A stretch of DNA of 64,000 nucleotides from Clostridium sp. CAG:762 (GCA_000432575.1 HF996829.1:35272-99271), one strand, 5' to 3'. Positions 48,820-61,745 are shown, counted from the stretch's first letter. The notes: a model not told the origin generated them from the letters alone. Program-made: numbers and translations.

Positions 48820-49242
48820 GTGGCAAAACAAGTCGTTAAAAAGATTAAATTGCAAATCCCAGCAGGAAAAGCAACACCTGCTCCACCAGTTGGAACAGTA
48901 TTAGGACCTGCGGGTATTAATTTACAAGAGTTTTGTACTAAGTATAATGATGCTACTAGAGATAAGATGGGAGATATTTTACCAGTAGAAATTACTATTT
49001 TTGATGATAGAAGTTTCGATTTTGTAATTAAGACTCCACCTGCTGCTTTTATGCTTAAGAAAGCTGCTGGAATTAAAAAAGGCTCTACTAAGGGTAGTAA
49101 AGAAAAAGTAGGTAGTATTACTCAAGATAAATTAAGAGAAATTGCTGAAACTAAGTTAGTAGATTTAAATGCTTATGATGTAGAAAGTGCAATGAAGTCT
49201 ATTGAAGGTACCGCTAAAAATATGGGTATCGAAATTAAATAG
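48820..49242 (+). CDS. rplK: 50S ribosomal protein L11 (GTG start)
   Basis: [33 protein letters not shown]..; preceded by an AGGAGG RBS. Confidence 0.9.
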   Translation: MAKQVVKKIKLQIPAGKATPAPPVGTVLGPAGINLQEFCTKYNDATRDKMGDILPVEITIFDDRSFDFVIKTPPAAFMLKKAAGIKKGSTKGSKEKVGSITQDKLREIAETKLVDLNAYDVESAMKSIEGTAKNMGIEIK

Positions 49243-49310
49243 TATTCACATATAGGTAATACCTATGTGGAAGGAAAAAGTCCGCTAATAACCACATAAG
49301 GAGGATTAAG

Positions 49311-50003
49311 ATGAGAAAAAGTAAAAGACATATTGAAAACCTTAAAAAAGTTGAGAAGAATAAGTTATATTCAGTAGAAGAAGCTATTAAATTAGCTAAG
49401 GAAACTTCTAATAGTAAGTTTGATTCTACTTTAGAAGTGGCAATGAATCTTAACTTGGATGTTAAAAAAGCTGATCAACAATTAAGAGGGGCAGTTGTTT
49501 TACCTAATGGAACTGGTAAAAGTAAAAAGATATTAGTTCTTGCTAAAGCAGATAAAGCTAAAGAAGCTGTAAGTGCTGGTGCTGAATATGTAGGAGATAT
49601 TGATATGATAGATAAAATCGCTAAAGAAAATTGGTTTGATTTTGATGTTATTATTGCTACTCCTGATATGATGCCTGCTTTAGGTAAAATTGGTAAAATT
49701 TTGGGACCTAAAGGTTTAATGCCTAATCCTAAAACTGGTACTGTTACTACTGATGTTAAGAAGGCAGTAGAAGAAACTAAAAAAGGTAAAGTTGAATATC
49801 GTACTGATACATTTGGTAATGTACATGCAATATTTGGTAAAGCAAGTTTTGATGATGCAAAATTAGCAGAAAACTTAAAATCTTTTGTAGAAGTAATTTT
49901 AAAAGCTAAACCTCAAACAGTAAAAGGTAATTATGTTAAAAATATTTCTATTTCTAGTACCATGGGTCCTGGAATAAAAATCGATGTAAACTCATTTAAT
50001 TAA
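49311..50003 (+). CDS. rplA: 50S ribosomal protein L1
   Basis: 230 aa with the conserved L1 sequence; AGGAGG RBS. Confidence 0.95.
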   Translation: MRKSKRHIENLKKVEKNKLYSVEEAIKLAKETSNSKFDSTLEVAMNLNLDVKKADQQLRGAVVLPNGTGKSKKILVLAKADKAKEAVSAGAEYVGDIDMIDKIAKENWFDFDVIIATPDMMPALGKIGKILGPKGLMPNPKTGTVTTDVKKAVEETKKGKVEYRTDTFGNVHAIFGKASFDDAKLAENLKSFVEVILKAKPQTVKGNYVKNISISSTMGPGIKIDVNSFN

Positions 50004-50012
50004 AAAAATGTT

Positions 50013-50041
50013 TACAAAATAAGAAATGTGTTATATAATAC
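50013..50041 (+). promoter_or_regulatory. Sigma-A type promoter (TTTACA-17-TATAAT) for rplJL
   Basis: TTTACAAAATAAGAAATGTGTTATATAAT. Confidence 0.55.
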
Positions 50042-50169
50042 ATTAAAAAGCGAGTACCATAGACAGTAGGTATAAAGGTAAATCCTACCGAGGAACTTAT
50101 TAATTATGTTTTAATTATAAGCTTTCCTTGGTATGGGAAAGCTTATTTTAAATATATAAGGAGGAAACT
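50042..50169 (+). promoter_or_regulatory. Ribosomal protein L10 leader (autoregulatory 5'-UTR of rplJ)
   Basis: Conserved position; 9-bp stem AAGCTTTCC..GGAAAGCTT plus an upstream stem GTAGGTAT..AATCCTAC (compare L10(L12)4-binding leaders). Confidence 0.55.
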
Positions 50170-50664
50170 ATGGCTAATGTAAAGATTTTAGAACAAAAGC
50201 AAAATGTTATTAATGAGATTAAAGATAGAATTAATAATGCTGCTTCAGTTGTTGTCTTTGATTATCGTGGTTTGACTGTTAGTGAAGTTACTGAGCTAAG
50301 AAGAAAACTAAGAGAATCAGGTTCATCATTTAAAGTATATAAAAATACTTTAACTAAAAGAGCATTAAATGATTTAAATATCGATCTTCATACACATTTT
50401 GAGGGTCCAAGTGCTATATCATTTTCAACTGATGCTTTAGCCCCAGTGAAGGTATTAAGCGATTTTGCTAAGAAACATGAGGCTTTAGAATTAAAAGTTG
50501 GATTAATTGATGGTAAGATAACTGATACAACTGAGTTAGGTAAGTTAGCTACTATACCTGATAGGCAAACATTACTTACTATGCTTGCATGTGGACTTAT
50601 GGGTAAAGTTAAAGATTTATCTATATGCCTAGATTTATATTCTAAGAAATTAGAAGAAAAATAA
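50170..50664 (+). CDS. rplJ: 50S ribosomal protein L10
   Basis: 164 aa; conserved. Confidence 0.95.
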   Translation: MANVKILEQKQNVINEIKDRINNAASVVVFDYRGLTVSEVTELRRKLRESGSSFKVYKNTLTKRALNDLNIDLHTHFEGPSAISFSTDALAPVKVLSDFAKKHEALELKVGLIDGKITDTTELGKLATIPDRQTLLTMLACGLMGKVKDLSICLDLYSKKLEEK

Positions 50665-50695
50665 GAAAATAAAAAAAATTAAGGAGGAATTTAAA

Positions 50696-51064
50696 ATGGC
50701 TAAATTTAGTAAAGAAGAATTTATCAATGGTTTAAAAGAAATGACTATTCTTGAAGTTAACGAATTAGTAGAAGCAATGAAGGAGGAATTTGGTGTAGAT
50801 CCATCTGCAGTAGCTGTTGCCGCAGCACCTGCTCAAGCACAAGCTGAAGAAGGTCCATCAAAAGTAAATGTAGTATTAACTGCTGCTGGAGCTAATAAGA
50901 TTGCTGTTATTAAAATCGTTAGAGACTTAACTGGTTTAGGTTTAAAAGAAGCTAAAGATATCGCTGATAACGGTGGTAATGTTAAAGAAAACATTGATAA
51001 AGAAGAAGCTGAAAAAATCAAAGCTCAATTTGAAGAAGCTGGCGCTACTGTTGAATTAAAGTAG
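50696..51064 (+). CDS. rplL: 50S ribosomal protein L7/L12
   Basis: An Ala-rich hinge AVAVAAAPAQAQAEE and a C-terminal domain. Confidence 0.95.
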   Translation: MAKFSKEEFINGLKEMTILEVNELVEAMKEEFGVDPSAVAVAAAPAQAQAEEGPSKVNVVLTAAGANKIAVIKIVRDLTGLGLKEAKDIADNGGNVKENIDKEEAEKIKAQFEEAGATVELK

Positions 51065-51070
51065 TTTGAG

Positions 51071-51103
51071 AAATCCACAAAGATGTGGATTTTTTTTGAT
51101 ATA
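51071..51103 (+). terminator. Rho-independent terminator after rplL
   Basis: AAATCCACAAAGATGTGGATTTTTTTTG. Confidence 0.7.
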
Positions 51104-51277
51104 TTTATTTAAACAAATGTTTGAAATTACTTGACAAATAATATCTTGTTTGTTATGATTTATGTGTTTGTATGAGTTATATTTTATATATTGTTTTGTT
51201 TCAGTGAATTAAAATGCGATAGCAAAAAAGTAAGAAAATGATAAAAATTGTTGAAAGGGCTGATAATTATGAGTCAT

Positions 51278-51868
51278 TATTTTATAAATGATGATAATTT
51301 AAAGAATGAAGAGAAAGTTATTCATAGTGAAATACAAGGAATTAATTTGTCTTTTTTATCCAATAGTGGTGTTTTTTCTAAAGATAAAATTGATTATGGT
51401 ACTAAGTTACTTCTTAATAGTATAGATATTGATGATATGAAGGGTGATGTTTTAGATTTAGGGTGTGGAATTGGAGTAATTGGTATAACTATTAAAAGTA
51501 AAAATAATCTTGTTTTGGTAGATATGGTTGATGTTAATGAGAGGGCTATTAATCTGTCTAAATATAATATGGTATTGAATAGGGTTGATACTCATATATT
51601 TATTAGTGATATTTATTCAAATGTTAATAAAAAATATGATTATATTATTACTAATCCTCCTATTAGAGCTGGTAAAAAGGTAGTTCTTGGAATGATTCTT
51701 GGTAGTTATGATTATTTAAATGATAATGGTATTTTATATTTTGTTATGAGAAAAGATCATGGTGTTAAAACTGTAATTAAAAAAATGGAAGGTATGTTTA
51801 AGGTAGATGTTATAAACCGAGATAAGGGGTTCTATATAGTAAAATGTGTTAAAATGAAAAAAAGTTAA
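51278..51868 (+). CDS. ybxB: Class I SAM-dependent rRNA methyltransferase (YbxB/RsmC-like small-domain MTase)
   Basis: VLDLGCGIGVIG and ITNPPIRAGK motifs; located between rplL and rpoB as in Bacillus. Start at MSHYF (track ORF from 51248). Confidence 0.75.
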   Translation, partial: YFINDDNLKNEEKVIHSEIQGINLSFLSNSGVFSKDKIDYGTKLLLNSIDIDDMKGDVLDLGCGIGVIGITIKSKNNLVLVDMVDVNERAINLSKYNMVLNRVDTHIFISDIYSNVNKKYDYIITNPPIRAGKKVVLGMILGSYDYLNDNGILYFVMRKDHGVKTVIKKMEGMFKVDVINRDKGFYIVKCVKMKKS

Positions 51869-51985
51869 AAAAGTTTGTAAAATCAATTGACTTATTGTTA
51901 AATATTTGTTAGTATTATAAATTGGAAACGCATCTTTTTGGCGTGCTAAAAACTATTATAAACTAAGTATAGGGGTGAATTTTTA

Positions 51986-54900
51986 ATGGCTTATAAAGTT
52001 AAAAAAAGTGGCGATTATAGAGAAAGAAGAAATTTCTCTATGATTAAAAATTCCTTTGAACTTAAGGATTTGCTTGAAGTTCAAAAGGATTCTTATCAGT
52101 TATTTATAACTGAAGGTATCAAAGAAGTCTTTGATGAATTATTCCCAGTAGAAAGTTTTTCAGGTAGTTTATCTTTAGAGTTTGGAGACTATGTATTAGA
52201 TACTCCGAGATATTCTATTAAAGAATGTAAAGATAGGCAGATTACTTATGCTTCTCCTTTGAAGGTACAAGCTAGGCTTTTCAACAATGAGACAGGTGAG
52301 GTAAAGGAACAAGAAATTTTCTTGGGGGATATGCCTGAGATGACTGAGAGTGGCACATTTATTATAAATGGTGCAGAAAGAGTTATCGTATCCCAGTTAG
52401 TTAGATCTCCAAGTGTTTATTTTTCTAAGGAAATTGACAAAAATGGTAGACCAAACTTTGCTTCTAAGATTATTCCAAATCGTGGTACATGGTTGGAATT
52501 TGAGACTGATGCTAAGGATGTAATGTATGTTCGAATTGATAGAACTAGAAAAGTTCCTTTAACTACATTGCTTAGGGCTTTTGGTTTGTCTAGTGATAAA
52601 GAAATTATTTCATTATTTGGTAAGAGTGAGATTCTTGCTAATACTTTAGAAAAAGATAGTGCTAAAAATACTGATGAAGCATTGATTGAAATTTATGAAA
52701 AATTAAGACCTGGGGAACCTACAACACTTGATAGTGCAAAGAATCATTTAATTACTAGATTTTTTGATAGTTTTCGCTACGACTTGGCTAAAGTTGGTAG
52801 ATATAAGTTTAACAAAAAGTTAAATGTTAAGGAAAGATTACTTGGTTGTACACTTGCGGAAGATATGGTAGTAGATGGCAATGTTGTTTGTGCTAAAGAT
52901 ACACTTATTACTAAGCAAATTCTTGAAGAAATCTCTCGTTATTTAGATGAGGGATATGGACGTGAAGAAGTAACTATTAATGAGGAATTAGATAATCATA
53001 ATGTTGTACAAGTTATTAAAGTTTACTCTAATAATGATAAGAAGAAAGTTGTTAAGATTATTGGTAATGATTCTTCTAATAATTTAAAGACATTAAGTAT
53101 TGCTGATTTTTATGCATCAGTTTCATATTATTTGAACTTAATGGATGGTATTGGTTCACTTGATGAGATAGATCATTTAGGTAATCGTCGTATTAGACAG
53201 GTAGGAGAGTTATTACAAAATCAGTTTAAAGTAGGTATTAGTAGAATGGAGAGAGTTATTCGTGAGAGGATGACTACTCAAGATATTGAAACTGTAACTC
53301 CTAAAACACTTATTAATATTAGACCAGTTACGGCTGTAATTAAGGAATTTTTTGGTTCTTCTCAATTATCTCAATTTATGGATCAAGTTAATCCTATTGC
53401 AGAGTTAACTCATAAGAGAAGATTATCAGCATTGGGTCCTGGTGGACTTTCTCGTGATAGAGCTGGAATGGAAGTGCGTGATGTTAATGCTTCCCATTAT
53501 GGAAGAATTTGTCCTATTGAATCACCAGAAGGTCAAAATATCGGACTTATTACTTCACTTGCTAGTTATGCAAAAATTAATGAGTATGGTTTTATTCAAA
53601 CACCGTATCGTAAAGTTGAGAATTGTAAGTTAACTGAACAAGTTGATTATTTAACTGCGGATGAAGAAAGTGATTTTTATATTTCGCAAGCAACAGTTCA
53701 TGTTGATGATAATAATATTATTACTGATGAGACAGTAGCAGGAAGATATCGTGGTGAGAATGTAATTATACCACGTGAGAAAGTTGATTATATTGACGTA
53801 TCACCTCAACAAGTTGTTGCCATTACTACTAGTTTGATACCATTCTTGGAACATGATGATGCAACTCGTGCTTTGATGGGTGCAAACATGCAAAGACAAG
53901 CTTTACCATTACTTAAGACAGAGGCTCCTTTAGTGGGAACTGGTGTTGAGTATATTGCTGCAAAAGACAGTGGTTCTGTCGTTGTTAGTAAAGCAGATGG
54001 TATTGTTGATTATGTTGATGCTAAGAAAATTGTTATTAAGAATGCTAAGGGTGAAGATATTTATCATTTAGCTACATTTGAACGTTCTAACCAAGGTGAA
54101 ACATTTAATCATGTACCTATTGTTAGAAAAGGCGATAAGGTTCATGCTGGACAAATTATTGCTGATGGACCAAGTACTGATAAAGGTGAACTTGCACTTG
54201 GTAAGAATATGACTGTCGCATTTATGACATTTAATGGTTATAATTTTGAAGATGCTGTTATATTAAATGAGAAATTGGTTAAAGAAGATGCTTATACTTC
54301 GATTAGAATTGAAGATTATGAGACACAATGCCGTGATACTAAGTTAGGTCCTGAAGAAATTACACGTGATATTCCTAACGTTAGTGAAGATGCTAGAAGA
54401 AACTTGGATGAAAATGGTATCATTAGAATTGGTACAGAGGTAAAAGAAGGAGATATTCTAGTAGGTAAAGTTACCCCTAAGGGCGTTGCAGATTTAACTA
54501 GTGAAGAGAAATTGCTTCATGCTATATTTGGAGAAAAAACTAGGGAAGTTAGAAATTCTTCATTAATAGTACCTCATGGAGGGGACGGTATTGTTCACGA
54601 TGTTAAGGTATATACAAAAGAGGATAATGTTGATTTACCTAGTGGAGTTAGTAAAGTAGTTAGAGTATATATTGCTCAAAAGAGAAAGATATCAGTTGGT
54701 GATAAGATGGCTGGTCGTCATGGTAATAAGGGTTGTATTTCACTTATTTTACCTGAAGAGGATATGCCTTATCTACCTGATGGTACTCCAATTGATATTA
54801 TGTTAAATCCACAAGGTGTCCCATCTCGTATGAACATTGGTCAAGTATTAGAGTTACACTTGGGTATGGCTGCAAAGAAACTTGGTGTTCATGTTGCTAC

Positions 54901-55609
54901 TCCAGTACTTGATGGTGCTAAAGAAGAAGATATTAAAGCAATGTTAGAAGAAGCTAAAATGGATCCTGATGGTAAGACCGTTTTATATGATGGTAGAACT
55001 GGTGAACCATTTGATAATCGTATTAGTGTTGGTGTCATGTATATGATTAAATTGCATCACATGGTTGATGATAAGTTACATGCACGTGCAACTGGACCAT
55101 ATTCAGTTGTTACTCAACAACCACTTGGTGGTAAAGCACAGTTTGGTGGACAAAGATTTGGTGAAATGGAAGTTTGGGCACTTTATGCTTATGGAGCTGC
55201 TCATGTATTACAAGAAATACTTACTGTTAAATCAGACGATGTTATTGGCCGTGTTAAGGTATATGAAGCCTTAGTTAAAGGTAATCCATTACCTCAACCA
55301 GGTATTCCTGAATCATTTAGAGTATTAATTAAAGAATTCCAAGCTTTAGGTTTAGATATCTCAGTTATTAATGAGGATGATAGGGAAGTTGAGTTTAAGG
55401 AATTAGAAATAGAAGAGAATAAAGAGGAAAGTGGCGAATCATTTATTGAAGAGATTAGCATTAAGAAAGATGGAGATATGCTTACTGATGATTTTGGACA
55501 GGAGATTGGTCCTATTGACGATTATGCTACTGATGAAGAGATTGAGGATGATGAGGATTTTGCAGATATTTTCAATGATGATTTTGATGCAGAAGGAGGT
55601 GAATTCTAA
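51986..55609 (+). CDS. rpoB: DNA-directed RNA polymerase subunit beta
   Basis: 1207 aa; conserved throughout, with an acidic C-terminal tail. Confidence 0.97.
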   Translation: MAYKVKKSGDYRERRNFSMIKNSFELKDLLEVQKDSYQLFITEGIKEVFDELFPVESFSGSLSLEFGDYVLDTPRYSIKECKDRQITYASPLKVQARLFNNETGEVKEQEIFLGDMPEMTESGTFIINGAERVIVSQLVRSPSVYFSKEIDKNGRPNFASKIIPNRGTWLEFETDAKDVMYVRIDRTRKVPLTTLLRAFGLSSDKEIISLFGKSEILANTLEKDSAKNTDEALIEIYEKLRPGEPTTLDSAKNHLITRFFDSFRYDLAKVGRYKFNKKLNVKERLLGCTLAEDMVVDGNVVCAKDTLITKQILEEISRYLDEGYGREEVTINEELDNHNVVQVIKVYSNNDKKKVVKIIGNDSSNNLKTLSIADFYASVSYYLNLMDGIGSLDEIDHLGNRRIRQVGELLQNQFKVGISRMERVIRERMTTQDIETVTPKTLINIRPVTAVIKEFFGSSQLSQFMDQVNPIAELTHKRRLSALGPGGLSRDRAGMEVRDVNASHYGRICPIESPEGQNIGLITSLASYAKINEYGFIQTPYRKVENCKLTEQVDYLTADEESDFYISQATVHVDDNNIITDETVAGRYRGENVIIPREKVDYIDVSPQQVVAITTSLIPFLEHDDATRALMGANMQRQALPLLKTEAPLVGTGVEYIAAKDSGSVVVSKADGIVDYVDAKKIVIKNAKGEDIYHLATFERSNQGETFNHVPIVRKGDKVHAGQIIADGPSTDKGELALGKNMTVAFMTFNGYNFEDAVILNEKLVKEDAYTSIRIEDYETQCRDTKLGPEEITRDIPNVSEDARRNLDENGIIRIGTEVKEGDILVGKVTPKGVADLTSEEKLLHAIFGEKTREVRNSSLIVPHGGDGIVHDVKVYTKEDNVDLPSGVSKVVRVYIAQKRKISVGDKMAGRHGNKGCISLILPEEDMPYLPDGTPIDIMLNPQGVPSRMNIGQVLELHLGMAAKKLGVHVATPVLDGAKEEDIKAMLEEAKMDPDGKTVLYDGRTGEPFDNRISVGVMYMIKLHHMVDDKLHARATGPYSVVTQQPLGGKAQFGGQRFGEMEVWALYAYGAAHVLQEILTVKSDDVIGRVKVYEALVKGNPLPQPGIPESFRVLIKEFQALGLDISVINEDDREVEFKELEIEENKEESGESFIEEISIKKDGDMLTDDFGQEIGPIDDYATDEEIEDDEDFADIFNDDFDAEGGEF

Positions 55610-58600
55610 TGCTTGAGGCTAATAGATTTAAAGCGTTAAAAATCGCCGTTGCTTCTCCTGAGAAGATTCGTTCTTGGAGTTATGGAGAAGTTAAGAAACC
55701 AGAAACAATTAATTATCGTACTTTAAAACCTGAAAGAGATGGTCTATTTTGTGAAAAGATATTTGGACCAACAAGAGATTATGAGTGTTCATGTGGTAAG
55801 TATAAGAGATTAAGATACAAAAATATTATTTGTGATCGTTGTGGTGTTGAAGTTACTAAGTCTAAGGTACGTCGTGAAAGAATGGGACATATTGAATTAG
55901 CTACTCCAGTAAGTCATATTTGGTATGTAAAGGGTATTCCTTCTTATATTGGATTATGCTTAGATATGTCTCCTAGAGACTTAGAAGAAGTTATATATTT
56001 TGTATCCTATGTTGTACTTGATGCTGGGGATACTCCGCTTGTTAAGAAGCAAACTTTGTCTGATAAAGAATATCGTGCTTACTATGAAAAATATGGAAAC
56101 AGTTTTAGAGTAGGTATGGGTGCTGCGGCTATTAAGGAATTACTTAGTGAAGTAGATGTTGAAAAGGAAAGAGAAGAATTATCTCAAGAATTAGAGACAG
56201 CACAAGGACAAAAGAGAGTTAGATTAGTAAAAAGATTAGAAGTTATTGATGCGTTTTATACTTCAGGTAATAAGCCTGAGTGGATGATTTTAGAAGCTTT
56301 ACCAGTTATTCCACCTGAACTTAGACCAATGATTCAACTTGATGGAGGACGTTTTGCGACTAGTGATTTAAATGATTTATATCGTCGTGTAATTAATAGA
56401 AATAATCGTTTAAAAAGGTTAATTGAACTTGGAGCTCCTTCTATCATTATTCAAAATGAGAAGAGAATGCTTCAAGAAGCAGTGGATGCTTTATTTGATA
56501 ATGGTAGACGTGGTAGAAATGTTACTGGTGCTGGAAACAGGCCTTTAAAATCATTATCTAGTATGCTTAAAGGTAAACAAGGTAGATTTAGACAAAACTT
56601 ACTTGGTAAACGTGTTGATTACTCGGGTCGTTCAGTTATAGTTGTAGGACCAGATTTAAAGATGTATCAATGTGGTATTCCAAAAGAAATGGCATTAGAG
56701 TTATTTAAACCACATATTATTAATGGTTTAGTATCAAGAGAACTTGCTAGTAATATAAAAGCGGCTAAAAAGATGATAGATAATCAAGATCCTAAAGTTT
56801 GGGATGTTGTTGAGGATGTTATTAAGGAATATCCTGTTATGTTAAACCGTGCACCGACATTACATAGACTTGGAATTCAAGCATTCGAACCTAAGTTAGT
56901 ATCAGGTCGTGCAATTAGGTTACATCCACTTGTAACAACTGCCTTTAATGCGGACTTTGATGGAGACCAAATGGCAGTACACGTGCCACTTAGTGAAGAA
57001 GCTAAGGCGGAAGCTAGAATCTTGATGCTTGGTTCTAACAATATTTTAAGCCCTCAAAATGGTAAACCAATAGTTACACCTAGCCAAGATATGGTACTTG
57101 GTAACTATTATATTACTATGGAGAAAGCTGGTATCGAAGGAGAAGGAAGAATATTTAAAAATGCTAATGAAGCTTTGATGGCTCATAGCCGAAGGGAAAT
57201 TACATTACATGCTCGTATCGCGGTACCTGTTAATTCATTTAAACATAAGGTATTTATTGAAAGTCAAAAGAATAAGTATTTAATTACTACTGTTGGTAAA
57301 CTTATGTTTAATGAGATTTTACCTGATTCATTCCCTTATATTAATGAACCAACTGATGCAAATATTGAAGGTATAACTCCAAATAAATATTTTGTTGAGT
57401 ATGGGGAAAATATACCAGAAAGGATTAAAGAAATGCCTTTGGCTAAACCTTTTGCTAAGGGAACTTTGGAAAAGATAATTGCTCAAGTGTTTAAGAGATA
57501 TAAGACTACTGAAACTTCTATTTTCCTTGATAAATTAAAGGATATGGGCTTTAAACAATCTACATATGCTGGTATTACAATAGCATTTTCGGATGTTGTA
57601 ACTAGTAAAAATAAGGCTCAAATAATAGAAGATTCTAATAAGGAAGTTGCTAAGATTAATAAGCAATATCAAAGAGGTTTAATTACTGATAAGGAACGTT
57701 TTGATTTAGTAATTGCTGTTTGGGATGAAGCTAAGAAACAAATTCAAAAGGAATTACAAGGTTATGCAGATACACTTGTTGATAATCCAATATTTATTAT
57801 GATGAATTCTAAAGCACGTGGATCTATTTCTAACTTTACACAACTGGCTGGTATGCGTGGTATCATGCAAAAACCTAATGGTGAGCCAGTAGAAATACCA
57901 ATTAAGTCATCATTTAGAGATGGGTTATCAGTATCTGAGTTCTTCTTATCAACACATGGTGCTCGTAAAGGTAGTGCTGATACAGCTTTAAAGACAGCGG
58001 ATTCAGGTTATATGACAAGAAGACTTGTTGATGTTAGCCAAGATTTAATTATTCGTGAAGAAGATTGTGGTACTATTCAAGGTGTTACGGTATGTGAATT
58101 CACTGATGAGAAGAATGGTGTTATTGAACCACTTTATGATCGTATTGTAGGAAGATATACTAATAAGAAGGTAATTAATCCTGAAACTAAAGATGTTATT
58201 ATTGATAAGAATGCTTTAATTACTGAGTCTATTGCTGATAAGATAGTTAAAGCCGGTATTAAGGAAGTTGAAATTAGAACTGTTCTTACTTGTAAGACTG
58301 ATCATGGTGTGTGTAGACATTGTTATGGTGTAAACCTTGCTACTGGTAACATGGTTGAAATTGGTGAGGCTGTTGGTATTATGGCGGCTCAAGCAATTGG
58401 TGAACCAGGTACTCAGTTAACTATGAGAACATTCCATACTGGTGGTGTAGCAGGAGCTGATATTACACAAGGTTTACCTCGTGTTGAAGAGTTATTTGAA
58501 GCACGTAGTCCTAAAGGTAAGTCAACTATTGCTGAAGTGGATGGTAAGATTACTAAGATAGAAGATGCTCAAGGTAAATGGAAGATTACTATTCATAACG

Positions 58601-59235
58601 ATAACGAAGATCGTGAGCATATAACTGCTTATGGTGCTAAGTTAAGAGTTGAGAAAGGTGATGTTGTAAGTGCTGGAGATCGTTTAACTGAAGGTAATAT
58701 TTCACCTAAAGAGTTACTTGCGGTAACTGATCCTATTACTGTTCAAGAATATATCTTAAAAGAAGTTCAAAAGGTATATCGTTCTCAAGGTGTTGAACCT
58801 AATGATAAACATATTGAGTTAATTGCTAAGAGAATGATATCTAAGATTAAGATTATGGAACAAGGTGATACTGATTTATTACCAGGTACTACGGTTTCAA
58901 TACTTGAATTTACTAAAGGTAATAGGGATGTTATTATCGAAGGTAAGAAACCCGCTATTGGAAAACCTATTTTACTTGGTATTACAAAGGCATCTTTGGA
59001 AACTGATTCGTTCTTATCAGCGGCATCTTTCCAAGAAACTACTAGAGTATTAACTGAAGCTTCAGTTAAGGGTAAGGTGGATAAATTACATGGATTAAAA
59101 GAGAATGTTATTATTGGTAAGTTAATCCCTGCTGGTACTGGTGCTAAGGAATATTTAGATGTTGATTATTCTTTGGAAAAGGAATACCTTGATGATGAAG
59201 CATCAGAGGTACTTGAAGACGAATATATAGATTAA
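55609..59235 (+). CDS. rpoC: DNA-directed RNA polymerase subunit beta'
   Basis: 1208 aa; NADFDGD catalytic motif and Zn-binding Cys clusters. The start overlaps the rpoB stop (TAATG). Confidence 0.97.
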   Translation: MLEANRFKALKIAVASPEKIRSWSYGEVKKPETINYRTLKPERDGLFCEKIFGPTRDYECSCGKYKRLRYKNIICDRCGVEVTKSKVRRERMGHIELATPVSHIWYVKGIPSYIGLCLDMSPRDLEEVIYFVSYVVLDAGDTPLVKKQTLSDKEYRAYYEKYGNSFRVGMGAAAIKELLSEVDVEKEREELSQELETAQGQKRVRLVKRLEVIDAFYTSGNKPEWMILEALPVIPPELRPMIQLDGGRFATSDLNDLYRRVINRNNRLKRLIELGAPSIIIQNEKRMLQEAVDALFDNGRRGRNVTGAGNRPLKSLSSMLKGKQGRFRQNLLGKRVDYSGRSVIVVGPDLKMYQCGIPKEMALELFKPHIINGLVSRELASNIKAAKKMIDNQDPKVWDVVEDVIKEYPVMLNRAPTLHRLGIQAFEPKLVSGRAIRLHPLVTTAFNADFDGDQMAVHVPLSEEAKAEARILMLGSNNILSPQNGKPIVTPSQDMVLGNYYITMEKAGIEGEGRIFKNANEALMAHSRREITLHARIAVPVNSFKHKVFIESQKNKYLITTVGKLMFNEILPDSFPYINEPTDANIEGITPNKYFVEYGENIPERIKEMPLAKPFAKGTLEKIIAQVFKRYKTTETSIFLDKLKDMGFKQSTYAGITIAFSDVVTSKNKAQIIEDSNKEVAKINKQYQRGLITDKERFDLVIAVWDEAKKQIQKELQGYADTLVDNPIFIMMNSKARGSISNFTQLAGMRGIMQKPNGEPVEIPIKSSFRDGLSVSEFFLSTHGARKGSADTALKTADSGYMTRRLVDVSQDLIIREEDCGTIQGVTVCEFTDEKNGVIEPLYDRIVGRYTNKKVINPETKDVIIDKNALITESIADKIVKAGIKEVEIRTVLTCKTDHGVCRHCYGVNLATGNMVEIGEAVGIMAAQAIGEPGTQLTMRTFHTGGVAGADITQGLPRVEELFEARSPKGKSTIAEVDGKITKIEDAQGKWKITIHNDNEDREHITAYGAKLRVEKGDVVSAGDRLTEGNISPKELLAVTDPITVQEYILKEVQKVYRSQGVEPNDKHIELIAKRMISKIKIMEQGDTDLLPGTTVSILEFTKGNRDVIIEGKKPAIGKPILLGITKASLETDSFLSAASFQETTRVLTEASVKGKVDKLHGLKENVIIGKLIPAGTGAKEYLDVDYSLEKEYLDDEASEVLEDEYID

Positions 59236-59423
59236 TTTTCTAATTAAAAAAGATTACATTTATGAAGTGAACTATTTTGGGTTATTTCATTAGTAGTCTT
59301 TTTTTGTTTACTATTATTTTAGTTATAAAAATGGAGTTTAAGTAGTAATTTTTTAGAGTGTGATTGAAGTTTTTATGAAAAGTTTTGTTTTTTGTGTTAC
59401 AATGTTTTTAGGATGCAAGGTGA

Positions 59424-60122
59424 TTGTGTATGAATTTTGAAATGTTATTAGATGAAATAATTAATTTAAGTGGTGAAGAACAGCTTAATTATTTGAGTAA
59501 GTTTAATGATTATGATTTTAGTAAGGAAGAATTATTTGAGATATTTTCTTTAGTGGAAGAAGTTAATTATGAGAAGTTTTATCTTATGTTTAAAGAATTA
59601 CTTAGTAAATTAGGAATGTTAGATTATTATTTACTGGTTATTAATATGAATAAGGATTTAAATAACTTTTCTAAATATGGTAGAAGTGAGAATATGGATT
59701 CTTATTTTAAATATTTGTTAAAGTCAAATGATTTAAGTTATGAAGAAGATAATTTATATTATAATAATTTATTAAAATTATCTAGTAATGTAATTAGAAG
59801 ATTAAGTGAAGATAGGATAAATATATTAAGTAATATGGTTTATGAAAGAATAAGGTTAAATAAAAATATTAGTTTTAATGAGTTATCTTTTATTGGGGTT
59901 AGGACTTTGAAGGAATTAGGCTTGATTTCTATTAGTAATAAGATTAATAATACTATTTTAGATGGAGCATATGGTTATACCAATTTTAAGTTATATATGT
60001 TAACTAAACCAGAGTGTAAGATACAATTAGATTATAATAGACTAGAAAAAGAGTTTAATGGTGAAGAATTATTGTTTAGATTATTATATACTTTGTTTCA
60101 CGAAATTGAACATGTTAAGTAG
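59424..60122 (+). CDS. Hypothetical protein ending in a HExxH motif (FHEIEHVK*)
   Basis: ORF only, with HEIEH 4 aa before the stop. Followed 12 nt later by a second ORF in another frame. Confidence 0.35.
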   Translation: MCMNFEMLLDEIINLSGEEQLNYLSKFNDYDFSKEELFEIFSLVEEVNYEKFYLMFKELLSKLGMLDYYLLVINMNKDLNNFSKYGRSENMDSYFKYLLKSNDLSYEEDNLYYNNLLKLSSNVIRRLSEDRINILSNMVYERIRLNKNISFNELSFIGVRTLKELGLISISNKINNTILDGAYGYTNFKLYMLTKPECKIQLDYNRLEKEFNGEELLFRLLYTLFHEIEHVK

Positions 60123-60134
60123 GTTAATTTTTGT

Positions 60135-60671
60135 TTGAGTAGGGATAGTTATAAAAATGATTTGAGTAAGAAGTTAGCGGTTTCTTATAAAAGAGGATTT
60201 TTTATCGAGTCTTTAGTGGGGCACTCTAATATGGAAGATTATGATAATATTACTATTGAATATAATGCTAAATTGCTTGGTATGATTAGGACTTTGTCTT
60301 TTATTAAAAAAAATTTTAGTAGTTTATTTAATGAATCTTTTATTAGAGATAAGTATTTAGAGGTGAATAAGATTATTTTGGATAATTATTTGAATTACCG
60401 TAAATTTAATAGTTTATTTAGTAAGTATGATAGTGTTTATAATGATAGTCAGTATAAAGAAGATTTTGATAAAACTTTAACTATTCTTAATTTTAATAGT
60501 AAATTGGTTAACTATGGTAATAGGTTTTTAGATGAACAATTTATGTTATTATTAATGGGTGAAGATAATATATTTAGAAGAATTATTTTAAAGAAAAATA
60601 TTTCTTTTGATGAACAAGAGAACTTGATACTTGATAGTATTTATAAAAAAGATAGTAAAAAAAGAAGTTAA
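60135..60671 (+). CDS. Hypothetical protein (178 aa), possibly the downstream half of a disrupted HExxH protein
   Basis: ORF only; non-ATG start in the track. Confidence 0.3.
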   Translation: MSRDSYKNDLSKKLAVSYKRGFFIESLVGHSNMEDYDNITIEYNAKLLGMIRTLSFIKKNFSSLFNESFIRDKYLEVNKIILDNYLNYRKFNSLFSKYDSVYNDSQYKEDFDKTLTILNFNSKLVNYGNRFLDEQFMLLLMGEDNIFRRIILKKNISFDEQENLILDSIYKKDSKKRS

Positions 60672-60720
60672 TATTTACAAACAAAGATTATGTTGATAAA
60701 ATTAAAGAGGAGGATTTATT

Positions 60721-61200
60721 ATGCGTGAGATACCAAAGAAGAATTATTTTATATTATTTATTGTTATTGTTTTGAGTTTGATGATTGCTTTTTATTTTAG
60801 AAAGTGGTATAAGGCTTATGAGGATGGTTATTTATCTAAGTCAATAATGGGTAATTATTTGTTTGAAATTAATTACAAAGAATTAGATGATTATTTGGTG
60901 GAGAATCAAAGTGCGATTATTTATGTGAGTAAAGTTGGTAATGAAAAGATAAGAAATTTTGAGAAAAAATTTATTAATGCAATTAATCAAAATGATTTAA
61001 AAAATAAGATTTTATATTTAGACCTTAGTAATTATAAGGGTGATACTAATAATAAGTATACTATTAATGACAAGGATATTACTTCAGTGCCTAATATTTC
61101 TGTGTTTAAATATGGGAAATTAGATGATATTTATGTTATTGATGTTGATGGATACAGTATGGAGAAGATTATTTCATATTTGATTTTAAAGGGGGAATAA
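60721..61200 (+). CDS. Membrane-anchored hypothetical protein (159 aa)
   Basis: N-terminal TM helix; AGGAGG RBS. Confidence 0.4.
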   Translation: MREIPKKNYFILFIVIVLSLMIAFYFRKWYKAYEDGYLSKSIMGNYLFEINYKELDDYLVENQSAIIYVSKVGNEKIRNFEKKFINAINQNDLKNKILYLDLSNYKGDTNNKYTINDKDITSVPNISVFKYGKLDDIYVIDVDGYSMEKIISYLILKGE

Positions 61201-61201
61201 A

Positions 61202-61708
61202 ATGATAAATATTGTGTTATATGAGCCGGAGATACCTGAGAATACTGGTAACATTATGCGTACATGTGTGGCTACGGGTGCAAGGCTACATTTAATTTAT
61301 CCACTTGGTTTTATTTTGAATTCTGCTACCATTAAAAGAAGTGGAGTAAATTATATTGATAAGTTGGAGTATTATACGTATGATGATTGGGAGGACTTTT
61401 TGAATAAGAATGAGGGAGATTTTTACTTTTTGACAAGATATGGAAAAAAACCACATACTTCGTTTGATTATCGCGATAGTACTAAAAATATATATTTAGT
61501 GTTTGGAAAGGAGTCTACTGGTATACCTAAGGAGATACTTAAAAATAATTTGGATAGGTGTTTGAGAATACCTACAACGGGAAATGTTAGAGCTTTGAAT
61601 TTATCTAATTGTGTGGCTATTATGGTATATGAAGTGCTTAGACAACAAAATTATAATAATTTACTTACTAGTGATCCTTTTAAAGGGGAAGATTATTTGG
61701 AAAAGTAA
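61202..61708 (+). CDS. trmL: tRNA (cytidine/uridine-2'-O)-methyltransferase TrmL (SpoU-TrmD family)
   Basis: INIVLYEPEIPENTGNIMRTCVATGARLHLIYPLGF, plus a C-terminal knot region. Confidence 0.85.
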   Translation: MINIVLYEPEIPENTGNIMRTCVATGARLHLIYPLGFILNSATIKRSGVNYIDKLEYYTYDDWEDFLNKNEGDFYFLTRYGKKPHTSFDYRDSTKNIYLVFGKESTGIPKEILKNNLDRCLRIPTTGNVRALNLSNCVAIMVYEVLRQQNYNNLLTSDPFKGEDYLEK

Positions 61709-61745
61709 AAAGCTGATTATTTGATGTAACCAGCTTTTTTAAATT
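61709..61745. terminator. Bidirectional terminator between convergent trmL and the thioredoxin-like gene
   Basis: Stem AAAGCTG..CAGCTTT followed by TTTTTAAATTTTT; overlaps the last codons of the minus-strand gene. Confidence 0.45.

Noticed and set aside
53442-55616. Small ORFs inside rpoB and rpoC (53442.., 55065.., 55431.., 58865..)
   Set aside because: They sit inside universally conserved genes in alternative frames.
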